Source of the DNA: Eledone cirrhosa
Lineage: Eukaryota
Reading direction: 5' to 3'
Assembly: GCA_964016885.1 (NCBI GenBank)
Contig: OZ024740.1
Coordinates: 39,494,001-39,558,000 of the forward strand
Length of the DNA stretch: 64,000 nucleotides
The notes beneath the pieces were generated by a model that worked only from the letters and a program-made list of their open reading frames with translations, was not told the DNA's origin and did no database searches. Position numbers and translations under genes: made by a program. Below are positions 26,601-40,000 of this stretch, piece after piece. Position 1 is the stretch's first letter. Each line of letters starts with the position of its first letter.

Positions 26601-29600
26601 TTAAAGAGGTGTAATTAGTGTGGTACATTAAAGAGGTGTAATGTGTGTGGTATATTAAAGAGGTGTAGTTAGTGTGGTATATTAAAGAGGTGCAATTAGT
26701 GTGGTATATTAAAGAGGTGTAGTTAGTGTGGTATATTAAAGACGTGCAATTAGTGTGGTATATTAAAGAGGTGTAATTAGTGTGTTACATTAAAGAGGTG
26801 TAATTAGTGTGGTATGTTAAAGAGGTGCAATTAGTCTGGTATATTAAAAAGGTGCAATTAGTGTGGTATATTAAAGAGGTGTAGTTAGTGTGGTATATTA
26901 AAGACGGGCAATTAGTGTGGTATATTAAAGAGGTGAAATTAGTGTGGTATATTAAAGAGGTGCAATTAGTGTGGTATATGGAAGAGGTGTAATTAGTGTG
27001 GTACTTTAAAGAGGTGTAATTAGTGTGGTATATTAAAGAGGTGCAATTAGTGTGGTATATTAAAGAGGTGTAATTAGTGTGGTATATTAAAGAGGTGCAA
27101 TTAGTGTGGTATATTAAAGAGGTGAAATTAGTGTGGTATATTAAAGAGGTGCAATTAGTGTGGTATATGGAAGAGGTGTAATTAGTGTGGTACTTTAAAG
27201 AGGTGTAATTAGTGTGGTATATTAAAGAGGTGCAATTAGTGTGGTTAATTAGAGATGTGTAGTTATTCAGGTTTATTAGAGAAGTGTAATTAGTGTCATA
27301 TATTAAAGAGGTGTAGTTAGTGTGGTATATTAAAGAGGCATAATTAGTGTGGTACATTATAGAGGTCCAATTAATGTGGTACATTAAAGAGGTGTAACTA
27401 GGGTCGTACATTAAAGAAGTGTAGTTAGTGTGGTATATTAAAGAGGTGTAGTTAGTGTGGTATATTAAAGAGGTGTAATTAGTGTTGTATATTAAAGAGG
27501 TGTAGTTAGTGTGGTATATTAATGAGGTGTAATTAGTGTGGTACATTAAAGAGTTGTAATTTGTGTGGTATATTAAAGAGGTGTAGTTAGTGTGGTACAT
27601 TAAAGAGGTGTAATTAGTGTGGTATATTAAAGAGGTGTAGTTAGTGTGGTATATTAAAGAGATGTAATTAGTATGGTATATTAAAGAGGTGTAGTTAGTG
27701 TGGTATACTAAAATGGTGCAATAAGTGTGGTATATTAAAGAGGTGCAATTAGTGTGGTATATTAAAGTGGTGTAATTAGTGTGGTATATAAAAGAGTTGT
27801 AATTAGTGAGGTATATTAAAGAGGTGTAATTAGTGTGGTATATTAAAGTGGAGTAATTAGTGTGGTACATTAAAGAGGTGTAGTTAGTGTGGTTAATTAG
27901 AGATGTGTAGTTATTCAGGTTTATTAGAGAAGTGTAATTAGTGTCATATATTAAAGAGGTGTAGTTAGTGTGGTATATTAAAGAGGCATAATTAGTGTGG
28001 TACATTATAGAGGTCCAATTAATGTGGTACATTAAAGAGGTGTAACTAGGGTCGTACATTAAAGAAGTGTAGTTAGTGTGGTATATTAAAGAGGTGTAGT
28101 TAGTGTGGTATATTAAAGAGGTGTAATTAGTGTTGTATATTAAAGAGGTGTAGTTAGTGTGGTATATTAATGAGGTGTAATTAGTGTGGTACATTAAAGA
28201 GTTGTAATTTGTGTGGTATATTAAAGAGGTGTAGTTAGTGTGGTATATTAAAGAGGTGCAATTAGTGTGGTATATTAATGAGGTGTAGTTAGTGTGGTAT
28301 ATTAAAGACGTGCAATTAGTGTGGTATATTAAAGAGGTGTAATTAGTATTGTACATTAAAAGGTGCAATTAGTGTGGTATATTAAAAGGTGTAGTTAGTG
28401 CGGTATATTAAAGAGGTGTAGTTAGTGTGGTATATTAAAGAGGTGCAATTAGAGTGGTATATTAAAGAGGTGTAGTTAGTGTGGTATATTAAAGAGGTGT
28501 AATTAGTGTGGTACATTAACGAGGTGTAATTAGTGTGGCATATTAAAGAGGTGCAATTAGTGTGGTATATTAAAGAGGTGCAATTAGTGTGGTATATTAA
28601 AGAGGTGTAATTAGTGTGGTATATTAAAGAGGTGCAATTAGTGTGGTATATTAAAGAGGTGTAATTAGTGTGTTACATTAATGAGGTGTAATTAGTGTGG
28701 TATGTTAAAGAGGTGCAATTAGTCTGGTATATTAAAAAGGTGTAATTAGTGTGGTATATTAAAGAGTTGTAATTAGTGTGGTATATTAAAGAGGTGTAAT
28801 TATTGTGGAATATTAAAGAGGTGCAATTAGTGTGGTATGTTAAAGAGGTGTAATTAGTCTGGTATATTAAGGAGGTGTAATTGGTGTGGTTAATTAGAGA
28901 TGTGTAGTTAGTCAGGTTTATTAGAGAAGTATAATTAGTGTGGTATATTAAAGAGGTGTAATTAGTGTGGTAAATTAAAGAGGTGTAATTAGTGTGGTAT
29001 ATTAAAGAAGTGTAATTCGTGTGGTATCTTAAAGTGGTGCAATTAGTGTGGTATATTAAAGTGGTGTAATGAGAGTGGTATATTAAAGAGTTGTAATTAG
29101 TGAGGTATATTAAAGAGGTGTAGTTAGTGTGGTTAATTAGAGATGTTTAGTTAGTCAGGTTTATTAGAGAAGTGTAATTAGTGTGGTATATTAAAGAGGT
29201 GAAATTAGTGTGGTATATTGAAGAGGTGTAATTAGTGTGGTACATTAAAGAGGTGTAATTAGTGTGGTATATTAAAGAGGTTTAATTAGTGTGGTATACT
29301 ACAGAGGTGTAGTTAGTGTGGTATATTAAAGAGGTGTAGTTAGTGTGCTATATTAAAGAGGCATAATTAGTGTGGTACATTATAGAGGTCCAATTAATGT
29401 GGTACGTTAAAGAGGTGTAATTAGGGCGGTACTTTAAAGAAGTGTAGTTAGTGTGGTATATTAAAGAGGTGTAGTTAGTGTGGTATATTAAAGAAGTGTA
29501 ATTAGTGTGGTATATTAAAGAGGTGTAGTTAGTGTGGTATATTAAAGAGGTGTAATTAGTGTGGTACATTAAAGAGGTGTAATGTGTGTGGTATATTAAA

Positions 29601-31000
29601 GAGGTGTAGTTAGTGTGGTATATTAAAGAGGTGCAATTAGTGTGGTATATTAAAGAGGTGTAGTTAGTGTGGTATATTAAAGACGTGCAATTAGTGTGGT
29701 ATATTAAAGAGGTGTAATTAGTGTGTTACATTAAAGAGGTGTAATTAGTGTGGTATGTTAAAGAGGTGCAATTAGTCTGGTATATTAAAAAGGTGCAATT
29801 AGTGTGGTATATTAAAGAGGTGTAGTTAGTGTGGTATATTAAAGACGGGCAATTAGTGTGGTATATTAAAGAGGTGAAATTAGTGTGGTATATTAAAGAG
29901 GTGCAATTAGTGTGGTATATGGAAGAGGTGTAATTAGTGTGGTACTTTAAAGAGGTGTAATTAGTGTGGTATATTAAAGAGGTGCAATTAGTGTGGTATA
30001 TTAAAGAGGTGTAATTAGTGTGGTATATTAAAGAGGTGCAATTAGTGTGGTATATTAAAGAGGTGAAATTAGTGTGGTATATTAAAGAGGTGCAATTAGT
30101 GTGGTATATGGAAGAGGTGTAATTAGTGTGGTACTTTAAAGAGGTGTAATTAGTGTGGTATATTAAAGAGGTGTAATTAGTGTGGTATATTAAAAGGTGT
30201 AATTAGTGTGGTATATTAAAGAGGTGTAGTTAGTGTGGTATATTATAGAGGTGTAGTTAGTGTGGTATATTAGAGAGGTGCAATTAGTGTGGTACATTAA
30301 AGAGGTGTAATTAGGGTGGTACATTAAAGAAGTGTAGTTAGTGTGGTATATTAAAGAGGTGTAGTTAGTGTGGTATATTAAAGAGGTGTAATTAGTATGG
30401 TATATTAAAGAGGTGTAGTTAGTGTGGTATACTAAAATGGTGCAATAAGTGTGGTATATTAAAGAGGTTCAATTAGTGTGGTATTTTAAAGAGGTGTAGT
30501 TAGTGTGGTACATTAAAGAGGTGTAATTAGTGTGGTATATTAAAGAGGTGTAGTTAGTGTGGTATATTAAAGAGATGTAATTAGTATGGTATATTAAAGA
30601 GGTGTAGTTAGTGTGGTATACTAAAATGGTGCAATAAGTGTGGTATATTAAAGAGGTGCAATTAGTGTGGTATATTAAAGTGGTGTAATTAGTGTGGTAT
30701 ATAAAAGAGTTGTAATTAGTGAGGTATATTAAAGAGGTGTAATTAGTGTGGTATATTAAAGTGGAGTAATTAGTGTGGTACATTAAAGAGGTGTAGTTAG
30801 TGTGGTTAATTAGAGATGTGTAGTTATTCAGGTTTATTAGAGAAGTGTAATTAGTGTCATATATTAAAGAGGTGTAGTTAGTGTGGTATATTAAAGAGGC
30901 ATAATTAGTGTGGTACATTATAGAGGTCCAATTAATGTGGTACATTAAAGAGGTGTAACTAGGGTCGTACATTAAAGAAGTGTAGTTAGTGTGGTATATT
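23630..31000. repeat. Mosaic of reshuffled sub-blocks derived from the ~18.8-21.7 kb segment
   Basis: The KYRPN-type ORF recurs at 24249, 26407 and 29348 (spacings 2,158 and 2,941). Marker CTAGGGTCGTAC recurs at 25051, 27398, 28046 and 30959. Both markers also occur in the 8.6-10.3 kb and 19.4-20.7 kb segments. Confidence 0.85.
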
Positions 31001-34000
31001 AACGAGGTGTAGTTAGTGTGGTATATTAAAGAGGTGCAATTAGTGTGGTATATTAAAGAGGTGCAATTAGTGTGGTATATTAAAGAGGTGTAGTTAGTGT
31101 GGTACATTAAAGAGGTGCAATTAGTGTGGTATATTAAAGAGGTGTAGTTAGTGTGGTACATTAAAGAGGTGCAATTACTGTGGTATATTAAAGAAGTGTA
31201 GTTAGTGTGGTATATTAAAGAGGTGTAGTTAGTATGGTATATTAAAGAGGTTTAATAAGTGTGGTATATTAAAGAGGTGTAGTTAGTGTGGTATATTAAA
31301 GAGGTGTAATTTGCGTGGTACATTAAAGAGGTGTAACTAGTGAGGTATATTAAAGAGGTGTAATTAGTGTGGTATATTAAAGAGGTGCAATTAGTGTGGT
31401 ATATTAAAGAGGTGCAATTAGTGTGGTACATTAAAGAGGTGTAATTAGTGTGGTATATTAAAGAGGTGTAATTAGTGTGGTACATTAAAGAGGTGTAATT
31501 AGTGTGGTATATTAAAGAGGTGTAATTAGTGTGGTACATTAAAGAGGTGTAATTAGGGTGGTACATTAAAGAAGTGTAGTTAGTGTGGTATATTAAAGAG
31601 GTGCAATTAGTGTGGTATATTAAAGAGGTGTAATTAGTATGGTATATTAAAGAGGTGTAATTAGTATGGTACATTAAAGAGGTCCAATTAGTGTGCTACA
31701 TTAAAGAGGTGTAATTAGGGTGGTTCATTAAAAAGTGTAGTTAGTGTGGTATATTAAAGAGGTGTAGTTACTGTGGTATATTAAAGAGGTGTAATTAGTG
31801 TGGTATATTAAAAGTGGTCTAATTAGTGTGGTATATTAAAGAGTTGTATTTAGTGTGGTATATTAAAGAGTTGTAATTAGTGAGATATATTAAAGAGGTG
31901 TAATTAGTGTGGTATATTAAAGAGGTGTCGTTAGTGTGGTATATTAAAGAGGTGCAATTAGTGTGGCATACTAAAGAGGTGTAGTTAGTGTGGTACATTA
32001 AAGAATTGTAATTACTGTGGTATATTAAAGAGGTGCAATTAGTGTGGTATATTAAGGAGGTGTAATTAGTGTGGTACATTAAAGAGGTGTAATTAGTGTG
32101 GTATATTAAAGAGGTGTAATTAATGTGGTATATTAAAGAGGTGTAGTTAGTGTGGTATATTAACGAGGTGTAGTTAGTGTGGTATATTAAAGAGGTGTAA
32201 TTAGTGTGGTATATTAAAGAGGTTTAATTAGTGTGGTATATTAAAGAGGTGCAATTAGTGTGATATATTAAAGAGGTGTAATTAGTGTGGTATATTAAAG
32301 GGGTGCAATTAGTGTGGTTTATTAAAGAAGTGCAATTAGTGTGGTATATTAAAGAGGTGTAATTAGTGTGGTATATTAAAGAGGTGTAATTAGTGTGGTA
32401 TATTAAAGAGGTGTAATTAGTGTGGTATATTAAAGAGGTGTAATTAGTGTTGTATATTAAAGAGGTGCAATTAGTGTGGTATATTAAAGAGGTGCAATTA
32501 GTGTGGTATATTAAAGAGGTGCAATTAGTGTGGTATATTAAAGAGGTGTAATTAGTGTGGTATATTAAAGAGGTGTAATTAGTGTGGTACATTAAAGAGG
32601 TGTAATTAGGGTGGTACATTAAAGAGGTGTAATTAGTGTGGTATATTAAAGAGGTGTAATTAGGGTGGTACATTAAAGAAGTGTAATTAGTGCGGTATAT
32701 TAAAGAGGTGCAATTAGTGTGGTATATTAAAAAGGTGCAATTAGTGTGGTATATTAAAGAGGTGTAATTAGTGTGGTATATTAAAGAGGTGCAATTACTG
32801 TGGTACATTAAAGAAGTGTAATTAGTGTGGTATATTAAAGAGGTGCAATTAGTGTGGTATATTAAAGAGGTGTAATTAGTGTGGTATATTAAAGAGGTGA
32901 AGTTAGTGTGGTATATTAAAGAGGTGCAATTAGTGTGGTATATTAAAGAGGTGCAATTAGTGTGGTATATTAAAGAGGTGTAGTTAGTGTGGTACATTAA
33001 AGAGGTGCAATTACTGTGTTATATTAAAGAGGTTTAGTTAGTCTGGTACATTAAAGAGGTGTAATTAGTGTGGTATATTAAAGAAGTGTAGTTAGTGTGG
33101 TATATTAAAGAGGTGTAGTTAGTATGGTATATTAAAGAGGTGTAATAAGTGTGGTATATTAAAGAGGTGTAGTTAGTGTGGTACATTAAAGAGGTGTAGT
33201 TAGTGTGGTATATTAAAAAGGTGCAATTAGTGTGGTACGTTAAAGAGCTGTAATTAGTGTGGTACATTAAAGAGGTGTAATAAGTGTGGTACATTAAAGA
33301 GTTGTAATTAGTGAGGTATATTAAAGAGGTGTAATTAGTGTGGTATATTAAAGAGGTGTCGTTATTGTGGTATATTAAAGAGGTGTAGTTAGTGTGGTTA
33401 ATTAGAGATGTGTAGTTAGTCAGGTTTATTAGAGAAGTGTAATTAGTGTGGTATAATAAAGAGATGTAATTAGTGTGGTATATTAAAGAGGTGCAATTAG
33501 TGTGGTATATTAAAGAGGTGCAATTAGTGTGGTATATTAAAGAGGTGTAGTTAGTGTGGTACATTAAAGAGGTGTAATTCTTATGGTATATTAAGGAGGT
33601 GTATATGGTGTGGTATATTAAAGAGGTGCAATTAGTGTGGTATATTAAATAGGTGCAATTAGTGTGGTATATTGAAGAGGTGTAATTAGTGTGGTACATT
33701 AAAGAGGTGTAATTAGTGTGGTATATTAAAGAGGTGTAATTAGTGTGGTATATTAAAGAGGTGCAATTAGTGTGGTATATTGAAGAGGTGTAATTAGTGT
33801 AGTACGTTAAAGAGACGTAATTAGTTAGGTATATTAAAGAGGTGTACTTAATGTGGTACATTAAAAATGTGTAATTAGTGTGGTATATTAAAGAGGTGTA
33901 GTTAGTGTGGTATATTAAAGAGGTGTAATTAGTGTGGTACGTTAAAGAGTTGTAATTAGTGTGGTATATTAAAGAGGTTTAGTTAGTGTGGTATATTAAA

Positions 34001-37000
34001 GAGGTGCAATTAGTGTGGGATATTAAAGAAAGTGTAGTTAGTCTGGTATATTAAAGAGGTGTAATTAGTGTGGTACATTAAAGAGGTGTAATTAGTGTGG
34101 TATATTAAAGAGGTGTAGTTAGTGTGATACATTAAAGAGGTGCAATTAGTGTGGTATATTAAAAAGGTGCAATTAGAGTGGTATATTAAAGAGGTGTAAT
34201 TAGTGTGGTATATTAAAGAGGTGTAATTAGGGTGGTACATTAAAGAAGTGTAATTAGTGTGGTATATTAAAGAGGTGTAATTAGTGTGGTACATTAAAGA
34301 GGTGTAATTAGGGTGGTACATTAAAGAGGTGTAATTAGTGTGGTATATTAAAGAGGTGTAATTAGGGTGGTACATTAAAGAAGTGTAATTAGTGCGGTAT
34401 ATTAAAGAGGTGCAATTAGTGTGGTATATTAAAAAGGTGCAATTAGTGTGGTATATTAAAGAGGTGTAATTAGTGTGGAATATTAAAGAGGTGCAATTAG
34501 TGTTGTACATTAAAGAAGTGTAATTAGTGTGGTATATTAAAGAGGTGCAATTAGTGTGGTATATTAAAGAGGTGTAATTAGTGTGGTATATTAAAGAGGT
34601 GTAGTTAGTGTGGTATATTAAAGAGGTGCAATTAGTGTGGTATATTAAAGAGGTGCAATTAGTGTGGTATATTAAAGGGGTGTAGTTAGTGTGGTACATT
34701 AAAGAGGTGCAATTACTGTGTTATATTAAAAAGGTTTAGTTAGTCTGGTACATTAAAGAGGTGTAAATAGTGTGGTATATTAAAGAAGTGTAGTTAGTGT
34801 GGTATATTAAAGAGGTGTAGTTAGTATGGTATATTAAAGAGGTCTAATAAGTGTGGTATATTAAAGAGGTGTAGTTAGTGTGGTATATTAAAGAGGTGTA
34901 GTTAGTGTGGTATATTAAAAAGGTGCAATTAGTGTGGTACGTTAAAGAGCTGTAATTAGTGTGGTACATTAAAGAGGTGTAATAAGTGTGGTACATTAAA
35001 GAGTTGTAATTAGTGAGGTATATTAAAGAGGTGTAATTAGTGTAGTATATTAAAGAGGTGTCGTTATTGTGGTATATTAAAGAGGTGTAGTTAGTGTGGT
35101 TAATTAGAGATGTGTAGTTAGTCAGATTTATTAGAGAAGTGTAATTAGTGTGGTATAATAAAGAGATGTAATTAGTGTGGTATATTAAAGAGGTGCAATT
35201 AGTGTGGTATATTAAAGAGGTGCAATTAGTGTGGTATATTAAAGAGGTGTAGTTAGTGTGGTACATTAAAGAGGTGTAATTCTTGTGGTATATTAAGGAG
35301 GTGTATATGGTGTGGTATATTAAAGAGGTGCAATTAGTGTGGTATATTAAATAGGTGCAATTAGTGTGGTATATTGAAGAGGTGTAATTAGTGTGGTACA
35401 TTAAAGAGGTGTAATTAGTGTGGTATATTAAAGAGGTGTAATTAGTGTGGTATATTAAAGAGGTGCAATTAGTGTGGTATATTGAAGAGGTGTAATTAGT
35501 GTAGTACATTAAAGAGACGTAATTAGTTAGGTATATTAAAGAGGTGTACTTAATGTGGTACATTAAAAATGTGTAATTAGTGTGGTATATTAAAGAGGTG
35601 TAGTTAGTGTGGTATATTAAAGAGGTGTAATTAGTGTGGTACGTTAAAGAGTTGTAATTAGTGTGGTATATTAAAGAGGTTTAGTTAGTGTGGTATATTA
35701 AAGAGGTGCAATTAGTGTGGGATATTAAAGAAAGTGTAGTTAGTCTGGTATATTAAAGAGGTGTAATTAGTGTGGTACATTAAAGAGGTGTAATTAGTGT
35801 GGTATATTAAAGAGGTGTAGTTAGTGTGATACATTAAAGAGGTGCAATTAGTGTGGTATATTAAAAAGGTGCAATTAGAGTGGTATATTAAAGAGGTGTA
35901 ATTAGTGTGGTATATTAAAGAGGTGTAATTAGGGTGGTACATTAAAGAAGTGTAATTAGTGTGGTATATTAAAGAGGTGCAATTAGTGTGGTATATTAAA
36001 AAGGTGCAATTAGTGTGGTATATTAAAGAGGTGTAATTAGTGTGGTATATTAAAGAGGTGCAATTAGTGTGGAATATTAAAGAGGTACAATTAGTGTGGT
36101 ATATTAAAGAGGTGCAATTAGTGTGGTATATTAAAGAGGTGTAATTAGTGTGGTATATTAAAGAGGTGTAATTAGTGTGGTACATTAAAGAGGTGTAATT
36201 AGGGTGGTACATTAAAGAAGTGTAGTTAGTGTGGTATATTAAAGAGGTGTAATTAGTGTGGTATATTAAAGAGGTACAATTAGTGTGGTATATTAAATAG
36301 GTGCAATTAGTGTGGTATATTAAAAAGGTGCAATTAGTGTGGTATATTAAAGAGGTGTAATTAGTATGGTATATTAAAGAGGTGTACTTAGTGTGGTACA
36401 TTAAAGAGGTCCAATTAGTGTGCTACATTAAAGAGGTGTAATTAGGGTGGTTCATTAAAAAGTGTAGTTAGTGTGGTATATTAAAGAGGTGCAGTTACTG
36501 TGGTATATTAAAGAGGTGTAATTAGTGTGTTACATTAAAAAGGTGTAGTTAGTGTGGTATATTAAAGAGGTGTAGTTAGTGTGGTATATTAAAGAGGTGT
36601 ACTTAATGTGGTACATTACAGATGTGTAATTAGTGTGGTATATTATAGAGGTGTAGTTAGTGTGGTATATTAAAGAGGTGTAATTAGTGTGGTACATTAA
36701 AGAGTTGTAATTAGTGTGGTATATTAAAGAGGTGTAGTTAGTGTGGTATATTAAAGAGGTGCAATTAGTGTGGTATATTAAAGAAAGTGTAGTTAATGTG
36801 GTATATTAAAGAGGTGTAATTAGTGTGGTACATTAAAGAGGTGTAATTAGTGTGGTATATTAAAGAGGTGTAGTTAGTGTGGTATATTAAAGAGGTGCAA
36901 TTAGTGTGGTATATTAAAGAGGTGCAATTAGTGTGGTATATTAAAGAGGTGTAGTTAGTGTGGTACATTAAAGAGGTGCAATTACTGTGGTATATTAAAG

Positions 37001-40000
37001 AGGTGTAGTTAGTCTGGTACATTAAAAAGGTGTAATTACTGTGGTATATTAAAGAAGTGTAGTTAGTGTGGTATATTAAAGAGGTGTAGTTAGTATGGTA
37101 TATTAAAGAGGTGTAATAAGTGTGGTATATTAAAGAGGTGTAGTTAGTGTGGTATATTAAAGAGGTGTAATTTGCGTGGTACATTAAAGAGGTGTAACTA
37201 GTGAGGTATATTAAAGAGGTGTAATTAGTGTGGTATATTAAAGAGGTGCAATTAGTGTGGTATATTAAAGAGGTGCAATTAGTGTGGTACATTAAAGAGG
37301 TGTAATTAGTGTGGTATATTAAAGAGGTGTAATTAGTGTAATACATTAAAGAGGTGTAATTAGTGTGGTATATTAAAGAGGTGTAATTAGTGTGGTACAT
37401 TAAAGAGGTGTAATTAGGGTGGTACATTAAAGAAGTGTAGTTAGTGTGGTATATTAAAGAGGTGCAATTAGTGTGGTATATTAAAGAGGTGTAATTAGTA
37501 TGGTATATTAAAGAGGTGTAATTAGTGTGGTACATTAAAGAGGTCCAATTAGTGTGCTACATTAAAGAGGTGTAATTAGGGTGGTTCATTAAAAAGTGTA
37601 GTTAGTGTGGTATATTAAAGAGGTGTAGTTACTGTGGTATATTAAAGAGGTGTAATTAGTGTGGTATATTAAAAGTGGTCTAATTAGTGTGGTATATTAA
37701 AGAGTTGTATTTAGTGTGGTATATTAAAGAGTTGTAATTAGTGAGATATATTAAAGAGGTGTAATTAGTGTGGTATATTAAAGAGGTGTCGTTAGTGTGG
37801 TATATTAAAGAGGTGCAATTAGTGTGGCATACTAAAGAGGTGTAGTTAGTGTGGTACATTAAAGAATTGTAATTACTGTGGTATATTAAAGAGGTGCAAT
37901 TAGTGTGGTATATTAAGGAGGTGTAATTAGTGTGGTACATTAAAGAGGTGTAATTAGTGTGGTATATTAAAGAGGTGTAATTAATGTGGTATATTAAAGA
38001 GGTGTAGTTAGTGTGGTATATTAACGAGGTGTAGTTAGTGTGGTATATTAAAGAGGTGTAATTAGTGTGGTATATTAAAGAGGTTTAATTAGTGTGGTAT
38101 ATTAAAGAGGTGCAATTAGTGTGATATATTAAAGAGGTGTAATTAGTGTGGTATATTAAAGGGGTGCAATTAGTGTGGTATATTAAAGAGGTGCAATTAG
38201 TGTGGTATATTAAAGAGGTGTAATTAGTGTGGTATATTAAAGAGGTGTAATTAGTGTGGTATATTAAAGAGGTGTAATTAGTGCGGTATATTAAAGAGGA
38301 GTAATTAGTGTTGTATATTAAAGAGGTGCAATTAGTGTGGTATATTAAAGAGGTGCAATTAGTGTGGTATATTAAAGAGGTGCAATTAGTGTGGTATATT
38401 AAAGAGGTGTAATTAGTGTGGTATATTAAAGAGGTGTAATTAGTGTGGTACATTAAAGAGGTGTAATTAGGGTGGTACATTAAACAGGTGTAATTAGTGT
38501 GGTATATTAAAGAGGTGTAATTAGGGTGGTACATTAAAGAAGTGTAATTAGTGTGGTATATTAAAGAGGTGCAATTAGTGTGGTATATTAAAAAGGTGCA
38601 ATTAGTGTGGTATATTAAAGAGGTGTAATTAGTGTGGCATATTAAAGAGGTGCAATTAGTGTGGTTCATTAAAGAAGTGTAATTAGTGTGGTATATTAAA
38701 GAGGTGCAATTAGTGTGGTATATTAAAGAGGTGTAATTAGTGTGGTATATTAAAGAGGTGTAGTTAGTGCGGTATATTAAAGAGGTGCAATTAGTGTGGT
38801 ATATTAAAGAGGTGCAATTAGTGTGGTATATTAAAGAGGTGTAGTTAGTGTGGTACATTAAAGAGGTGCAATTACTGTGTTATATTAAAGAGGTTTAGTT
38901 AGTCTGGTACATTAAAGAGGTGTAATTAGTGTGGTATATTAAAGAAGTGTAGTTAGTGTGGTATATTAAAGAGGTGTAGTTAGTATGGTTTATTAAAGAG
39001 GTGTAATAAGTGTGGTATATTAAAGAGGTGTAGTTAGTGTGGTATATTAAAGAGGTGTAGTTAGTGTGGTATATTAAAAAGGTGCAATTAGTGTGGTACG
39101 TTAAAGAGCTGTAATTAGTGTGGTACATTAAAGAGGTGTAATAAGTGTGGTACATTAAAGAGTTGTAATTAGTGAGGTATATTAAAGAGGTGTAATTAGT
39201 GTGGTATATTAAAGAGGTGTCGTTATTGTGGTATATTAAAGAGGTGTAGTTAGTGTGGTTAATTAGAGATGTGTAGTTAGTCAGGTTTATTAGAGAAGTG
39301 TAATTAGTGTGGTATAATAAAGAGATGTAATTAGTGTGGTATATTAAAGAGGTGCAATTAGTGTGGTATATTAAAGAGGTGCAATTAGTGTGGTATATTA
39401 AAGAGGTGTAGTTAGTGTGGTACATTAAAGAGGTGTAATTCTTGTGGTATATTAAGGAGGTGTATATGGTGTGGTATATTAAATAGGTGCAATTAGTGTG
39501 GTATATTGAAGAGGTGTAATTAGTGTGGTACATTAAAGAGGTGTAATTAGTGTGGTATATTAAAGAGGTGTAATTAGTGTGGTATATTAAAGAGGCGCAA
39601 TTTGTGTGGTATATTGAAGAGGTGTAATTAGTGTAGTACATTAAAGAGACGTAATTAGTTAGGTATATTAAAGAGGTGTAATTAGTGTGGTATAGTAAAG
39701 AGGTGCAATTAGTGTGGTATATTAAAGAGGTGTAATTAGTGTGGTACATTAAAGTGGTGCAATTAGTGTGGTATATTAAAGAGGTGCAATTAGTGTGGTA
39801 TATTGAAGAGGTGTAATTAGTGTGGTACATTAAAGAGGTGTAATTAGTGTGGTATATTAAAGAGGTGTAATTAGTGTGGTATATTAAAGAGGTGCAATTA
39901 GTGTGGTATATTGAAGAGGTGTAATTAGTGTAGTACATTAAAGAGACGTAATTAGTTAGGTATATTAAAGAGGTGTACTTAATGTGGTACATTAAAAATG

